Below, in pieces: positions 54,892-64,000 of a stretch of DNA of 64,000 nucleotides. This DNA comes from an uncultured Candidatus Saccharibacteria bacterium (lineage in GTDB: Bacteria > Patescibacteriota > Minisyncoccia > Phycocordibacterales > UBA2100): the NCBI GenBank assembly GCA_964545165.1, contig CAZJEQ010000002.1, positions 37,072-101,071 of the forward strand. Reading direction: 5' to 3'. The translations under genes were made by a program, and so were the position numbers. The notes under the pieces were generated by a model that worked only from the letters and a program-made list of their open reading frames with translations, was not told the DNA's origin and did not search any database. The first letter of the stretch is position 1. Each line of letters opens with the position of its first letter.

Positions 54892-57600
54892 TTATGCAGC
54901 AATTTTTGCGCGAGTGCGCATGGAGCGTTCACGCTCCGGCCCTTTGCGGACATCGAACGTGAATTCCTTTTCTCCTTCCTTCACTTCGCTTGGCTTTACA
55001 TCCACCTTGACCGAGCCACCCTCCATCACGCCACGGGCAACCATCATATTCGCGACGGCGGTGAGGATCTTGGTCTGAATGAGACGCTTGAGCGGGCGTG
55101 CACCGTACTGTGCGTTGTAGCCGTCTTTCGCGAGATGATCGATTGCCGCATCCGTAAAGGTGATCGAGATCTGTTTGTCGGCGAGGCGGTCCGACACAAT
55201 CTTGAGCTGCATCTTCACGATCTCGTGCACGCTCTCTTGCGAGAGGATGTCGAAGAGGATGATCTCATCGAGGCGGTTCAAGAATTCAGGTCGGAAGAAT
55301 TCTTTGAGCGAATCCATGACCTTGTCTTTCACCTGGTCATAGCGCTCGGTTGCGGTCTTCGAGGCGCCCGCGCCAAAGCCAAGGCTCGACATGCGGTCGA
55401 TATGCTCAGCACCAATATTCGAGGTCATGATGATGACGGAATTCTTGAAATTCACCACGCGACCCTTGGCATCGGTGAGACGTCCGTTGTCGAGGACTTG
55501 GAGGAGGATGTTGAAGACCTCGGGATGCGCCTTCTCGATTTCATCGAAGAGAATGACCGAGTACGGGCGATGACGCACAAGCTCGGTGAGACCGCCGCCC
55601 TCGTCGTGGCCCACATAGCCCGGCGGAGAGCCGATCATTTTCGAGACTGAGTGCTTCTCCATGTATTCCGACATATCCACACGAATGAGCGATTTGTCGC
55701 TGTTGAAGAGGAATTCCGCGAGCGCCTTGGTGAGCTCGGTCTTACCGACACCGGTGGGGCCGAGGAAAAGGAACGAGCCGACCGGGCGATGCGGATCGGA
55801 GATGCCGGCGCGTGAGCGCTTCACCGCATCAGCGACTTTTTGCACCGCGTCGTCTTGACCCACGATACGGCTCTTGAGTACTGCTTCCATGCGCGAGAGC
55901 TTCTCGGCCTCTTCTTCCAACATGCGCGCGACCGGCACACCGGTCCAGCGTGCGACGACACCTGCGATATCTTCTTCCGTGATTTCTTCTTTGAGGACGC
56001 GGCGCGTCTGCTGGAGCTTCTTCAAGCGCTTCGTACCTGTCTCGATTTCGCGCTCAAGTGCCGGGATTTTGCCGTAGCGGATTTCAGCGGTCTTAGTGAG
56101 ATCAGCACGCATTTCTGCTGCATCAGCATCGATTCTCGCCTGTTCCAGCTCACTCTTCGCTTCCTTGATCGTGGCAAGCGTCTCTTTTTCATTCTTCCAC
56201 TTCTGCTCGAGCTCGCGAGTCGAATCACGAAGATCCGCGACCTCCTTCTCAATCGACTTTACGCGCGTACGGGCTTTGCCGTCGCTTTCTTCAGACTCTT
56301 TCTTGAGCGCCTCCTTCTCGATTTCGAGACGGGTGATTTTGCGATGGGCTTCTTCGAGCGCTGGCGGCATATTCTCGAGGCTGAGGCGCAACGCAGAAGC
56401 CGCCTCGTCGATGAGGTCGATCGCTTTGTCTGGAAGGAATCGCTCGGTGATGTAGCGCGTGGAGAGCTGCACAGCAGAGATGATGGCACCGTCGGTGATA
56501 TGCACGCCATGGAAGAGCTCATAGCGCTCCTTGAGACCGCGCAAAATGGCCACGGTGTCATCGGCAGATGGCTCGTTGATGTAGACCGGCTGGAAGCGAC
56601 GCGTAAGCGCCGGGTCATGCTCAATGTGTTTCTGGTATTCCTTGAGCGTGGTCGCACCGATCACACGGATCTCGCCACGCGCGAGCGCGGGCTTGAGCAT
56701 ATTGGATGCATCCATCGAGCCTTCCGCGGCACCGGCGCCAACGAGTGTATGCATTTCATCAATAAAGAGAATGATCTTGCCTTCCGAGCGCTCAACCTCT
56801 TTCATGACTGCCTTGAGGCGCTCTTCGAATTCACCACGGTATTTGGTACCGGCGATGAGGAGGCCAAGGTCGAGCTGGATGAGCTCCTTACCGCGAAGCG
56901 ACTCCGGCACGTCTCCTGCAGCCAAGCGAATCGCAAGGCCTTCGGCGACGGCAGTTTTGCCCACACCTGCTTCACCGATCAAAATCGGATTGTTTTTGGT
57001 GCGACGCGACAAGATCTGGATGACGCGCGTGATTTCAGTATCACGACCGATCACCGGATCGAGCTTATTCTCGCGCGCGCGATCAGTGAGTGAGCGCGCA
57101 AAGCGCGAGAGCGCGCGCGGCTTTTTCGGCTCTTCAGGGTCACCGCGCAGACGACCTTCTTTGATATCAGTGAGCACCCGTGCGAGCGCCGTGCGATCAA
57201 TACGGAAGCGCGCGAAGATATCCGCGGCCGGGCCGGGATTCTCAGCAATACCAAGGAGGAGGTGCTCGGGAGAAACAAACTGATCATTGAATGAGGCGGA
57301 GATGCGTGGTGCCGCCTCAAAGACGCGGACCAATTCCGGTGTGAGGTACAGCTGGAAAGACGGTGAGACTGCCGTCGCACCAGAGGTGCCCTCGATGAGT
57401 TCGAGGACAGAATCCGTGAGGTGTGCGACGTCGATCTCGACCTGTTCGAGCATCGGGACGACCATGCTCTCCTCTTGCATCAGGAGCGCGGCAAAGAGGT
57501 GGAGGGTGGAGACCTGATTGTGACCTCGTTCGACCGCGAGCTGGTGCGCGCGATGGATCGCTTCTTTGGCCTTTGTTGTGTAGTTGTTGAATGGGGTCAT
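54892..57600 (-). CDS. clpB: ATP-dependent chaperone ClpB
   Basis: Clp N-domain, two AAA modules ([16 protein letters not shown]), long coiled-coil M domain; alternative start at 57621. Confidence 0.93.
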   Translation of the reverse strand: MTPFNNYTTKAKEAIHRAHQLAVERGHNQVSTLHLFAALLMQEESMVVPMLEQVEIDVAHLTDSVLELIEGTSGATAVSPSFQLYLTPELVRVFEAAPRISASFNDQFVSPEHLLLGIAENPGPAADIFARFRIDRTALARVLTDIKEGRLRGDPEEPKKPRALSRFARSLTDRARENKLDPVIGRDTEITRVIQILSRRTKNNPILIGEAGVGKTAVAEGLAIRLAAGDVPESLRGKELIQLDLGLLIAGTKYRGEFEERLKAVMKEVERSEGKIILFIDEMHTLVGAGAAEGSMDASNMLKPALARGEIRVIGATTLKEYQKHIEHDPALTRRFQPVYINEPSADDTVAILRGLKERYELFHGVHITDGAIISAVQLSTRYITERFLPDKAIDLIDEAASALRLSLENMPPALEEAHRKITRLEIEKEALKKESEESDGKARTRVKSIEKEVADLRDSTRELEQKWKNEKETLATIKEAKSELEQARIDADAAEMRADLTKTAEIRYGKIPALEREIETGTKRLKKLQQTRRVLKEEITEEDIAGVVARWTGVPVARMLEEEAEKLSRMEAVLKSRIVGQDDAVQKVADAVKRSRAGISDPHRPVGSFLFLGPTGVGKTELTKALAEFLFNSDKSLIRVDMSEYMEKHSVSKMIGSPPGYVGHDEGGGLTELVRHRPYSVILFDEIEKAHPEVFNILLQVLDNGRLTDAKGRVVNFKNSVIIMTSNIGAEHIDRMSSLGFGAGASKTATERYDQVKDKVMDSLKEFFRPEFLNRLDEIILFDILSQESVHEIVKMQLKIVSDRLADKQISITFTDAAIDHLAKDGYNAQYGARPLKRLIQTKILTAVANMMVARGVMEGGSVKVDVKPSEVKEGEKEFTFDVRKGPERERSMRTRAKIAA

Positions 57601-57730
57601 AGAGAATGATGAATGCGGCATGCCTCCAGCGAAGCACGTGCATCCAATCTACATACAATTTATCACGAAGCACACGTCTCCGCAAAAAAATATCTCGGAT
57701 AGCCGAGATGTAATATCTCGACGAATGCAC

Positions 57731-58546
57731 CTATTTTTTGACGACCGGTGCGGGTGGCAAAAGCACCACCGCCGGAACAAAACCCTGCTCTGATGACGAG
57801 CGAGCAGCGCTGGTGCTTACACCGATAAGTGCTCCTTCGGTATTGACGATAGGACTTCCCTTGAGAAGCGCATCCGCAGAGATGTTGGTATCAAAAATGC
57901 GGCCGCCGCCTACCGGGATGAGCGCGGTGATAACGCCTGGCGCAATTCTGGTCGTGGTCCTACCGGAGAGCGCGACGACAGCCTGCCCGAGAACCGCCTG
58001 CGTGACAGCAACGCGCGCTGATGCATACGTAATGATCTTGTCGGCGGTAGTCGTCGCACCTTGAATGAATGCCATACCATTGTCACTATCGCGGCGTACC
58101 ACAAAGCCGCGGACACGCGTACCGTCTGGCAACACCACACTCACGTCAGAGCGCTCACCGAGCGGCTCTGCATCAGTGACGATGATACCAGCGCTGTCGA
58201 TAACAACACCAATAGCGAGAAGGGTTGGATTTTCCTCACGCGAGGTGTAGAGGCGAACAATAGAGGGCTCGATTTTGGTGACGGCACCTGAGATGAGCTC
58301 GCTCTCATTGATGACCACCGTTTTCTCGCGCGTGATCACGCTCGCCGCTGCTTGTGCTTTTGCGGGCGTTGAGGAGGCGACGGTCTCAATAGTGCGCTCG
58401 ATGACGCGGTTGACCGTCTGCGCAATGACCGGTGGTGCTTGGTCCATCAAAGAAACGGTGACGATGCCGGTCGCGATTGACGTCACAAAGGAAATCAAGA
58501 GGGTGAGGAGCACAATCTGGGATTTTGAGAGGTGCTCGATGTCCAT
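57731..58546 (-). CDS. Membrane-anchored trypsin/HtrA-like protein with degenerate catalytic triad
   Basis: GVVIDSAGIIVTDAE (no His) and LLKGSPIVN.EG.LIG (no GNSGG). Confidence 0.7.
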   Translation of the reverse strand: MDIEHLSKSQIVLLTLLISFVTSIATGIVTVSLMDQAPPVIAQTVNRVIERTIETVASSTPAKAQAAASVITREKTVVINESELISGAVTKIEPSIVRLYTSREENPTLLAIGVVIDSAGIIVTDAEPLGERSDVSVVLPDGTRVRGFVVRRDSDNGMAFIQGATTTADKIITYASARVAVTQAVLGQAVVALSGRTTTRIAPGVITALIPVGGGRIFDTNISADALLKGSPIVNTEGALIGVSTSAARSSSEQGFVPAVVLLPPAPVVKK

Positions 58547-58558
58547 GTCGGCACTATA

Positions 58559-59749
58559 TCACCTCGCCTGTGCCCGCAAGATACGCGAGAGCGTGGTGAC
58601 AAACCGCGCGAGATCGGAGGCGCTCGTCTCCCGACCCAGCGAGATGCGGAGTGTCTGTGCAGCGCGCCATTCATCACCCCCAAGTGCCGCAACTACGTGC
58701 GAGCGGCTCTCCTCCCCCTCGCGACAGGCGCTTTTGGTCGAGAGTGCGAAGCCCTGATGATCGAGTGCGAGCGTCAGGTACTCACTGGAGATACCGGGAA
58801 TGGAAATATTGAGCATGTGCGGAAGCGCATGCTTCGGATCGCCGTTGACCACCACTTCAGGCACTGCAACAGAAATCTCTTGCGCCACGTTGTCGCGCAG
58901 CTCCTTGAGGCGTCGCGCCTCATCCTCGCGCTCAGCGACGACGCGATCGCATGCAGCAGCAAATCCTGCCGCGAGTGCGACGTTTTCCGTACCCGCACGC
59001 AATCCGCGCTCCTGCGGACCGCCGAAGATGAGTGACGCGAGTGTCGCGCGATGCGATTGATAGAGCGCGCCGATGCCATGGGGCCCATACAATTTATTAG
59101 ACCCGAGCGACAGAAGATCGACTCCGAGGGAATGGATCGTGCTCGCGAGATAGAGCGGTGCCTGCCCTGCATCACTATGAAAAAGAACCTCACTCCCCTG
59201 TGCCGTCTCGTGCGCGCGCAGCACTGCCGCAATCTCGCGCAATGACTGCACCGTGCCGATCTCGTTGTTGGCCCAGCCGACGGAGACGAAGACGGTCTCC
59301 TTCTTAAGTGCCGCCGCGATCTTCTCTGGCGTGATCAATCCGCGCTGATCCGGCTCCACAAACGTGATACTCCCACCCATGCGCTCCACTTCGCCAAAGG
59401 CGGCGAGCACCGATGAGTGTTCGATGGCACTGACGACCCAGTGTGTCTCAGCAAGCGTCCGGCGCGTGCGCTCAAGGAAACGTGCTCGGCCGCTGATGGC
59501 AAGATTGTTGGCTTCGGTAAGGCCCGAGGTAAAGATGATTTCGCGGGTCTTTACGCCACACATGCGTGCGACCCGCTCACGCGCCTGCTCCAGCGCCTTT
59601 TTCGCAGCCACGGCTTCCTGATGAATAGCACCGGGATTGCCGACTAGGCGCGACGCATCGCGCATCGCTGCCTCCGCCTCGGCGCACACAGGCGGCGCAC
59701 TCGCATAATCGAGATAGACGCGCTTCTTATATGCAAAGAGTTCAAACAT
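58559..59749 (-). CDS. iscS: Cysteine desulfurase (IscS/NifS family)
   Basis: YLDYAS, FTSG.TEANN, EHSS, NNEIG, SNKLYGP, STKSAC. Confidence 0.9.
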   Translation of the reverse strand: MFELFAYKKRVYLDYASAPPVCAEAEAAMRDASRLVGNPGAIHQEAVAAKKALEQARERVARMCGVKTREIIFTSGLTEANNLAISGRARFLERTRRTLAETHWVVSAIEHSSVLAAFGEVERMGGSITFVEPDQRGLITPEKIAAALKKETVFVSVGWANNEIGTVQSLREIAAVLRAHETAQGSEVLFHSDAGQAPLYLASTIHSLGVDLLSLGSNKLYGPHGIGALYQSHRATLASLIFGGPQERGLRAGTENVALAAGFAAACDRVVAEREDEARRLKELRDNVAQEISVAVPEVVVNGDPKHALPHMLNISIPGISSEYLTLALDHQGFALSTKSACREGEESRSHVVAALGGDEWRAAQTLRISLGRETSASDLARFVTTLSRILRAQAR

Positions 59750-59862
59750 CGCCTGATTGTAGTTTTTTAATGCTGCTTTGTCATTTGCTGTTTTGACTTT
59801 TGATTTTTGCGTTGTCTGCGCGTATACTCTCCACATCTTGGATATGATCTCCCAGACCCGCT

Positions 59863-61356
59863 ATGGCACAGAAACCCACACCATCTATAGAGCGTCCGCC
59901 CGTCGTGGTGGTCATGGGACACGTCGATCACGGTAAGTCCACGCTCCTCGATTTCATTCGTAAATCCAACGTCGTCGCGGGCGAAGCCGGCGGCATCACG
60001 CAGCACGTCGCGGCGTACGAGGTCTCGCACAAAGACAAACGAATCACCTTCATCGACACACCGGGACACGCGGCCTTCTCCACCATTCGCGCACGCGGCG
60101 CAAATATCGCCGATATCGCGATCCTCGTTGTCGCGGCAGACGACGGCGTCAAGGCACAGACGCTCGAAGCGCTTGCCCAAATTCGTGAAGCCAAGATCCC
60201 CTTCCTCGTAGCATTCAACAAAGTAGATAAGCCGAATGCTGATCTCGGCAATGCACAACGAATGATGCTCGATCAGGAGGTCTTCCTCGAGAAATTTGGC
60301 GGCGACGTGCCCTGGGCGGCAATCTCAGCAAAAACTGGCCAGGGTGTCGATGAGCTCCTGGACCTCATTCTCCTCGTGGCAGAAATCCAGGACTACAAAG
60401 CAGATCCCGAAGCGCCGGCAGAAGGCTTTATCATCGAAACCCACCGTGATCAGAAGCGCGGTCTCGCAGCAACACTCATTATCATGAATGGCACCCTCAA
60501 AAGTGGTGCCGCAGTGCTCGCGGGTAAGGCGATCGCGCCCGTGCGCATCATGGAAAATCATCTCGGCAAATCAATCAAAGAGGCCACCTTCTCGACCCCC
60601 GTCACGCTCGTCGGATTTGATGAGATGCCGGAAGTCGGTGCGACATTTCATATGTACAACAAACGTGATGCCGAGCAGGCACGCGCCAAATTTGTCGCGG
60701 AGCAGCCGAAGAAAGCTGACACCCTGCGTGTCGAGGGTGAAGCTGAGAAATTCTACCTCCCCATCATCGTTCGCGCGGATACCACTGGCTCTCTCGAGGC
60801 GATCTTGCAAGAAACCGCGCGCCTCGGCGATGACTTCTCGCGTATCACCATCGTACAGAGCGGCGTCGGCGCCGTTTCTGAAGGCGACGTCAAAACGGCA
60901 CTCTCGGGCACCATCCCCGGCGTCGTGATCGGTTTCAACGTCGGCATTGATTCGCAGGCAGATACCCTCGCTCGTCGCGATGGCATCAAGATTCACACCT
61001 TCAATATCATCTACAAACTGACGGAGGAGCTCACCGAAATCTTGCAGACCACGCGCCCCAAGCGCACCGTCGAAGATGTCGTCGGCCGCGCCAAAGTGCT
61101 CAAACAGTTCTCGAGCAGAAAGACCGAGCACGTGATTGGTGCGAAAGTACAAGAGGGTTATATGGAGACCAATGGATCAGTGCGCATCATGCGCCGCGGC
61201 ACCTTTGTTGGGAACGGCACCTTCCACAATATCCAGGCCAACAAGACGAATGTCTCGCGCGTGGAGGAAGGCACGGAATTCGGCGCGCAGATCGAAGCAC
61301 CCCATGAGATCGCTCTGGGCGACACATTAGAATGCTTTACCACCCGCGTAGAATAA
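59863..61356 (+). CDS. infB: Translation initiation factor IF-2 (no N-terminal extension)
   Basis: RPPVVVVMGHVDHGKS, EAGGITQH, DTPGH, NKVD. Confidence 0.96.
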   Translation: MAQKPTPSIERPPVVVVMGHVDHGKSTLLDFIRKSNVVAGEAGGITQHVAAYEVSHKDKRITFIDTPGHAAFSTIRARGANIADIAILVVAADDGVKAQTLEALAQIREAKIPFLVAFNKVDKPNADLGNAQRMMLDQEVFLEKFGGDVPWAAISAKTGQGVDELLDLILLVAEIQDYKADPEAPAEGFIIETHRDQKRGLAATLIIMNGTLKSGAAVLAGKAIAPVRIMENHLGKSIKEATFSTPVTLVGFDEMPEVGATFHMYNKRDAEQARAKFVAEQPKKADTLRVEGEAEKFYLPIIVRADTTGSLEAILQETARLGDDFSRITIVQSGVGAVSEGDVKTALSGTIPGVVIGFNVGIDSQADTLARRDGIKIHTFNIIYKLTEELTEILQTTRPKRTVEDVVGRAKVLKQFSSRKTEHVIGAKVQEGYMETNGSVRIMRRGTFVGNGTFHNIQANKTNVSRVEEGTEFGAQIEAPHEIALGDTLECFTTRVE

Positions 61357-61358
61357 TT

Positions 61359-61682
61359 ATGCCGAGCAAACGACAAATCCAGGTAGCAGAGACGATGGCA
61401 CACCGCGCGGCGGATTATTTCGCACGCGAGTCGAATCGCGAGTCGCTCATCACGGTGACGCGTGCCGATGTCTCCCCTGACCTCAAAAATGTGAAGATCT
61501 ACTTCACCGTCATGCCCGAGAAATTTGAACAAGCGGCCCTCAATTTCGCGAAGCGCAATCGCACCGATTTCCGCAACTACATCAAAAAAGCCGCGGCACT
61601 TCCGCGCCTGCCCCAGATCGATTTCGTCATCGACGACGGCGAGAAAAACCGCCAGCGCATCGACGATCTCACCCGCTCATAG
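61359..61682 (+). CDS. rbfA: Ribosome-binding factor A
   Basis: ITVTRADVSPDLK, P.I.F..D; follows infB. Confidence 0.88.
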   Translation: MPSKRQIQVAETMAHRAADYFARESNRESLITVTRADVSPDLKNVKIYFTVMPEKFEQAALNFAKRNRTDFRNYIKKAAALPRLPQIDFVIDDGEKNRQRIDDLTRS

Positions 61683-61747
61683 CACGGCACGCGTCTCATT
61701 GGACCCTGTGCGCTCCTGTGATACAACGGCGCGAGCGGAGGTAACAC

Positions 61748-62242
61748 ATGACTAAGACACATAAGCGCGGCTGCGGTAGCTGCACGCTCTGCTGCTACAC
61801 GCACGGAGTGAGCACGTCGGTACGAAAGCTGAAGAATGAGCAGGAATGGTGCAAACACTGTCGTGTGGGAGTCGGGTGCGCGACATACGACGCGCGGCCC
61901 ATCGCCTGCCTCGACTTCGCCTGCGCCTGGCTCGAAGACGCTGAGGCTGGCTGGGAGCGACCGGACACGCGGAATTTCGTGCCCGAATGGGTGTCGGTTT
62001 CGGACCTCGGTCGCGTATTGCGCCTGGTTGCGGCCGCGCCCGACGTGCTCGACACGCCGTATGCGATTGCAAGGGCGATTCAGTACGCGAACGTCTATTG
62101 CCCGGTGCTGCTCTGTCACATCGGCAAACGGGGCGAGGCATGCTTGCACGAGACATTCCCGCTCACGGATCATGCGCGAGGGATGCTCTTCCTGTGGGAC
62201 TTTGCGATCATTACTCCCCAGATCTTGGAGGAGCGACTATGA
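61748..62242 (+). CDS. YkgJ-family CxxCxxCC cysteine-cluster protein
   Basis: CGSCTLCC, WCKHC, C..Y..RP.AC..F.C.W; GGAGG SD. Confidence 0.75.
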   Translation: MTKTHKRGCGSCTLCCYTHGVSTSVRKLKNEQEWCKHCRVGVGCATYDARPIACLDFACAWLEDAEAGWERPDTRNFVPEWVSVSDLGRVLRLVAAAPDVLDTPYAIARAIQYANVYCPVLLCHIGKRGEACLHETFPLTDHARGMLFLWDFAIITPQILEERL

Positions 62243-62731
62243 GCCCCGCGTGCCGGGGCTCATCTCTTTTTTAGGAAAATATCGTTTTAATATGTCCGCG
62301 TACGGCTGCTTTTCTTCAGCCGTCGGCCAGAAGGTATCTTGATGATTGAGGTAGAGATTGTCCCTTTCGTATCGTGGAAAGACGTGTAGGTGGTAGTGCC
62401 ACACATCTTGATTGCCCGCTGGCTCGTTGTGTTGCCTCGTCGAAATACCGTCGCACTGATACGCCTCTTTTAGAGCGACGGCGATTTTCTTGGATATATC
62501 AAATATCGCATGACCTATTGCCTCAGGCATGTCGTAGAGATTCTCGACATGCTGATTCGGCATGATGATCACGTGCCCCGGATTTGATCGCCACCATTTG
62601 CCCGCGACGAATGCTGTTGCGATCTCGTCGCGATAAATAACATCGTCTTCCTGACTCCCTTTATCGGTCGGTTTCCCAGCAGCGATCAAGCAGAGCGGAC
62701 ACGTATACCCTGCTGGTTCGTGATTGTACAT
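62237..62731 (-). CDS. HIT family protein
   Basis: CPLC, PGH, QDVWHYHLHVFPR. Confidence 0.92.
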   Translation of the reverse strand: MYNHEPAGYTCPLCLIAAGKPTDKGSQEDDVIYRDEIATAFVAGKWWRSNPGHVIIMPNQHVENLYDMPEAIGHAIFDISKKIAVALKEAYQCDGISTRQHNEPAGNQDVWHYHLHVFPRYERDNLYLNHQDTFWPTAEEKQPYADILKRYFPKKEMSPGTRGS

Positions 62732-62732
62732 T

Positions 62733-62808
62733 TGGTGCACCCAGTAGGATTCGAACCTACGACCGTCTCGTTAAGAGCGAGCTGCTCTACCAACTGAGCT
62801 ATGGATGC
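62733..62808 (-). tRNA. tRNA-Lys(CTT)
   Basis: GCATCCA/TGGGTGC acceptor, CT-CTT-AA loop, encoded CCA. Confidence 0.95.
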
Positions 62809-62848
62809 GTACACAGGATTGTACACAAAATAATGAGTTTTGAAATAC

Positions 62849-62935
62849 TGGTACCGGGAGTGGGACTCGAACCCACACGGCTGTTTAGGCCTGGGGATTT
62901 TAAGTCCCCTATGTCTACCATTCCATCACCCCGGC
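62849..62935 (-). tRNA. tRNA-Leu(TAA)
   Basis: CT-TAA-AA loop, long variable arm, encoded CCA. Confidence 0.95.
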
Positions 62936-62993
62936 GACCCGAATATAGTACGTCAATTTGTGCTACATTACATCCGTTAGCTGCGTAAGAGAT

Positions 62994-63065
62994 GGCCACA
63001 TGGCGAAGTAGCAACGCGGCGGTCTGCAAAACCGCTATGGGTGGGTGCAACTCCCACTGTGGCCT
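62994..63065 (+). tRNA. tRNA-Cys(GCA)
   Basis: GGCCACA/TGTGGCC acceptor, U discriminator, CT-GCA-AA loop. Confidence 0.9.
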
Positions 63066-63095
63066 CAAACAAAAAGAGTGTATCCTTCAGACATC

Positions 63096-63180
63096 GGGCA
63101 GGTGGCGAAATTGGTAGACGCACTAGCCTTAGGAGCTAGCCTCGCAAGAGATGGGAGTTCGAGTCTCCCCCTGCCCACCA
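63096..63180 (+). tRNA. tRNA-Leu(TAG)
   Basis: GGGCAGG/CCTGCCC acceptor, TT-TAG-GA-type loop, variable arm, encoded CCA. Confidence 0.95.
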
Positions 63181-63213
63181 ACGAAAAGTCCGGGGAATCC
63201 CCGGACTTTTCGT
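63181..63213. terminator. Bidirectional terminator
   Basis: acgaaaagtccgggg-aat-ccccggacttttcgt perfect inverted repeat. Confidence 0.85.
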
Positions 63214-63543
63214 TTACCGTATCAAGAAATCTGGGGGCGGTCCGATGCCGTCAGCACGGCGCACGTCGGTCGAGGCCCCTCCTCCTGGAGAGAGAGCGCC
63301 GAAGCCAAACGTCTCATCGATCAATTTGATAATGCCGTACACGGATATCATGATGAGCATGCCGATCAGCCCATACACCATGTGGGCCTTCCCTTTCGAA
63401 GACGCTTCGCCTGAATTCAGATTCCACATGAATTCAAGCAACCCATACATAAACACCGCAAACCCCGCGGCGAATACGAGCAGTATCGCGGGGTTTACGA
63501 CGTACGTTACGAGTTTACCGAGCAACGTCGTGGCGGCGTCCAT
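63214..63543 (-). CDS. VirB2-like pilin (CPR type)
   Basis: Two TMs with GK.HMVYGLIGMLIMISVYGII. Confidence 0.75.
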   Translation of the reverse strand: MDAATTLLGKLVTYVVNPAILLVFAAGFAVFMYGLLEFMWNLNSGEASSKGKAHMVYGLIGMLIMISVYGIIKLIDETFGFGALSPGGGASTDVRRADGIGPPPDFLIR

Positions 63544-63559
63544 ATATTAGCCGCGTGCG

Positions 63560-63931
63560 CTAAATGGTGGTCGGGTAGATGCCTTTCGGAGTGAGTGCAG
63601 ACTGGTTGGAATCAACACCGACGGTCGACTGGAGGATGCGGATCAAGCCCCAGATCGAGACCATCACGAAAATGGCGATGATGCCCCAGATCATGGTCTG
63701 GAGACCCTTGTGCTTCTGCTCGTCGACGTTGACGAGGTACTGAATGAGACCCCAGAAGAAGACGATGACCGCGATAAGGACGAAGAGCGCCACCATGGCA
63801 TTGAGAATTCTCGTCGCGAGGACGATGAGATTGAAAATACCCTGCGAACTCTGAGTCTGTGCCAATGCGAGTGCAGGCACGAAAAGCGACCCTGCTGCGA
63901 GAGCTGAAATACCGGTAATTCGTGCACGCAT
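63560..63931 (-). CDS. VirB2-like pilin (CPR type)
   Basis: Signal peptide (ALAQ), FFWGLIQY...MIWGIIAIFVMVSIWGLI. Confidence 0.8.
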   Translation of the reverse strand: MRARITGISALAAGSLFVPALALAQTQSSQGIFNLIVLATRILNAMVALFVLIAVIVFFWGLIQYLVNVDEQKHKGLQTMIWGIIAIFVMVSIWGLIRILQSTVGVDSNQSALTPKGIYPTTI

Positions 63932-64000
63932 AGTTACGTTGAGAATTTATTAAGTAGTCCCTCTATGGTAGCTCAGAGGGCTGGAATCACAACACGCACC

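Noticed and set aside
55840-57093. 417-aa + strand ORF and similar long antisense ORFs (20266-21333, 40569-41564, 17731-18672)
   Set aside because: They mirror well-identified genes, as expected in GC-rich coding DNA.
57601-57730. CIRCE/CtsR heat-shock operator upstream of clpB
   Set aside because: No TTAGCACTC-N9-GAGTGCTAA or clear CtsR repeat is visible.
1-64000. Alternative genetic code (TGA=Gly or Trp)
   Set aside because: Conserved genes end at TGA at their expected lengths (folB, serS, topA neighbours), and tRNA-Trp has a CCA anticodon.
63961-64000. TAGCTCAG tRNA-like start at the window end
   Set aside because: No D-arm or anticodon arm follows; more likely the pilin promoter region on the - strand.

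Overview
This is a gene-dense bacterial chromosome segment using genetic code 11. The organism is most likely a Patescibacteria/CPR (Parcubacteria-like) bacterium. That call is inferred from the VirB2-like pilins, trimmed housekeeping proteins (IF2, Obg, DnaX, TruB, Rel), stand-alone biosynthetic genes and many small secreted proteins. Content includes a Zur/Fur-ZIP-YibE/F-RND operon, pyrB, folB, pepN, purF, csp, a DEAD-box helicase, obg, padR-pspC, an MFS transporter, truB, engB, dnaX, dus, ftsQ-like, serS, dprA, topA, rel, parB, miaA, yjjX, rpmG, clpB, iscS, infB, rbfA, three pilins and 8 tRNAs. I saw no CRISPR array, rRNA, integrase or transposase. The main observations beyond annotation are: (1) an 82-bp double-palindrome element in three copies with compensatory substitutions, whose edge forms the -10 box of the adjacent gene; (2) a tRNA-Leu surrounded by direct and inverted copies of its own ends; (3) a pervasive TAnnnT-N6-ATG (leaderless-type) start architecture, with three ORFs starting at tRNA 3' ends; (4) a 24-codon leader ORF plus hairpin before a 422-aa orphan with possible cyclodipeptide-synthase-like motifs; (5) an unannotated zinc-finger microprotein coupled to the DEAD-box helicase; (6) loss of metal-ligand cysteines in PurF, DnaX and L33. 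All family calls come from reading motifs by eye; no searches were run.
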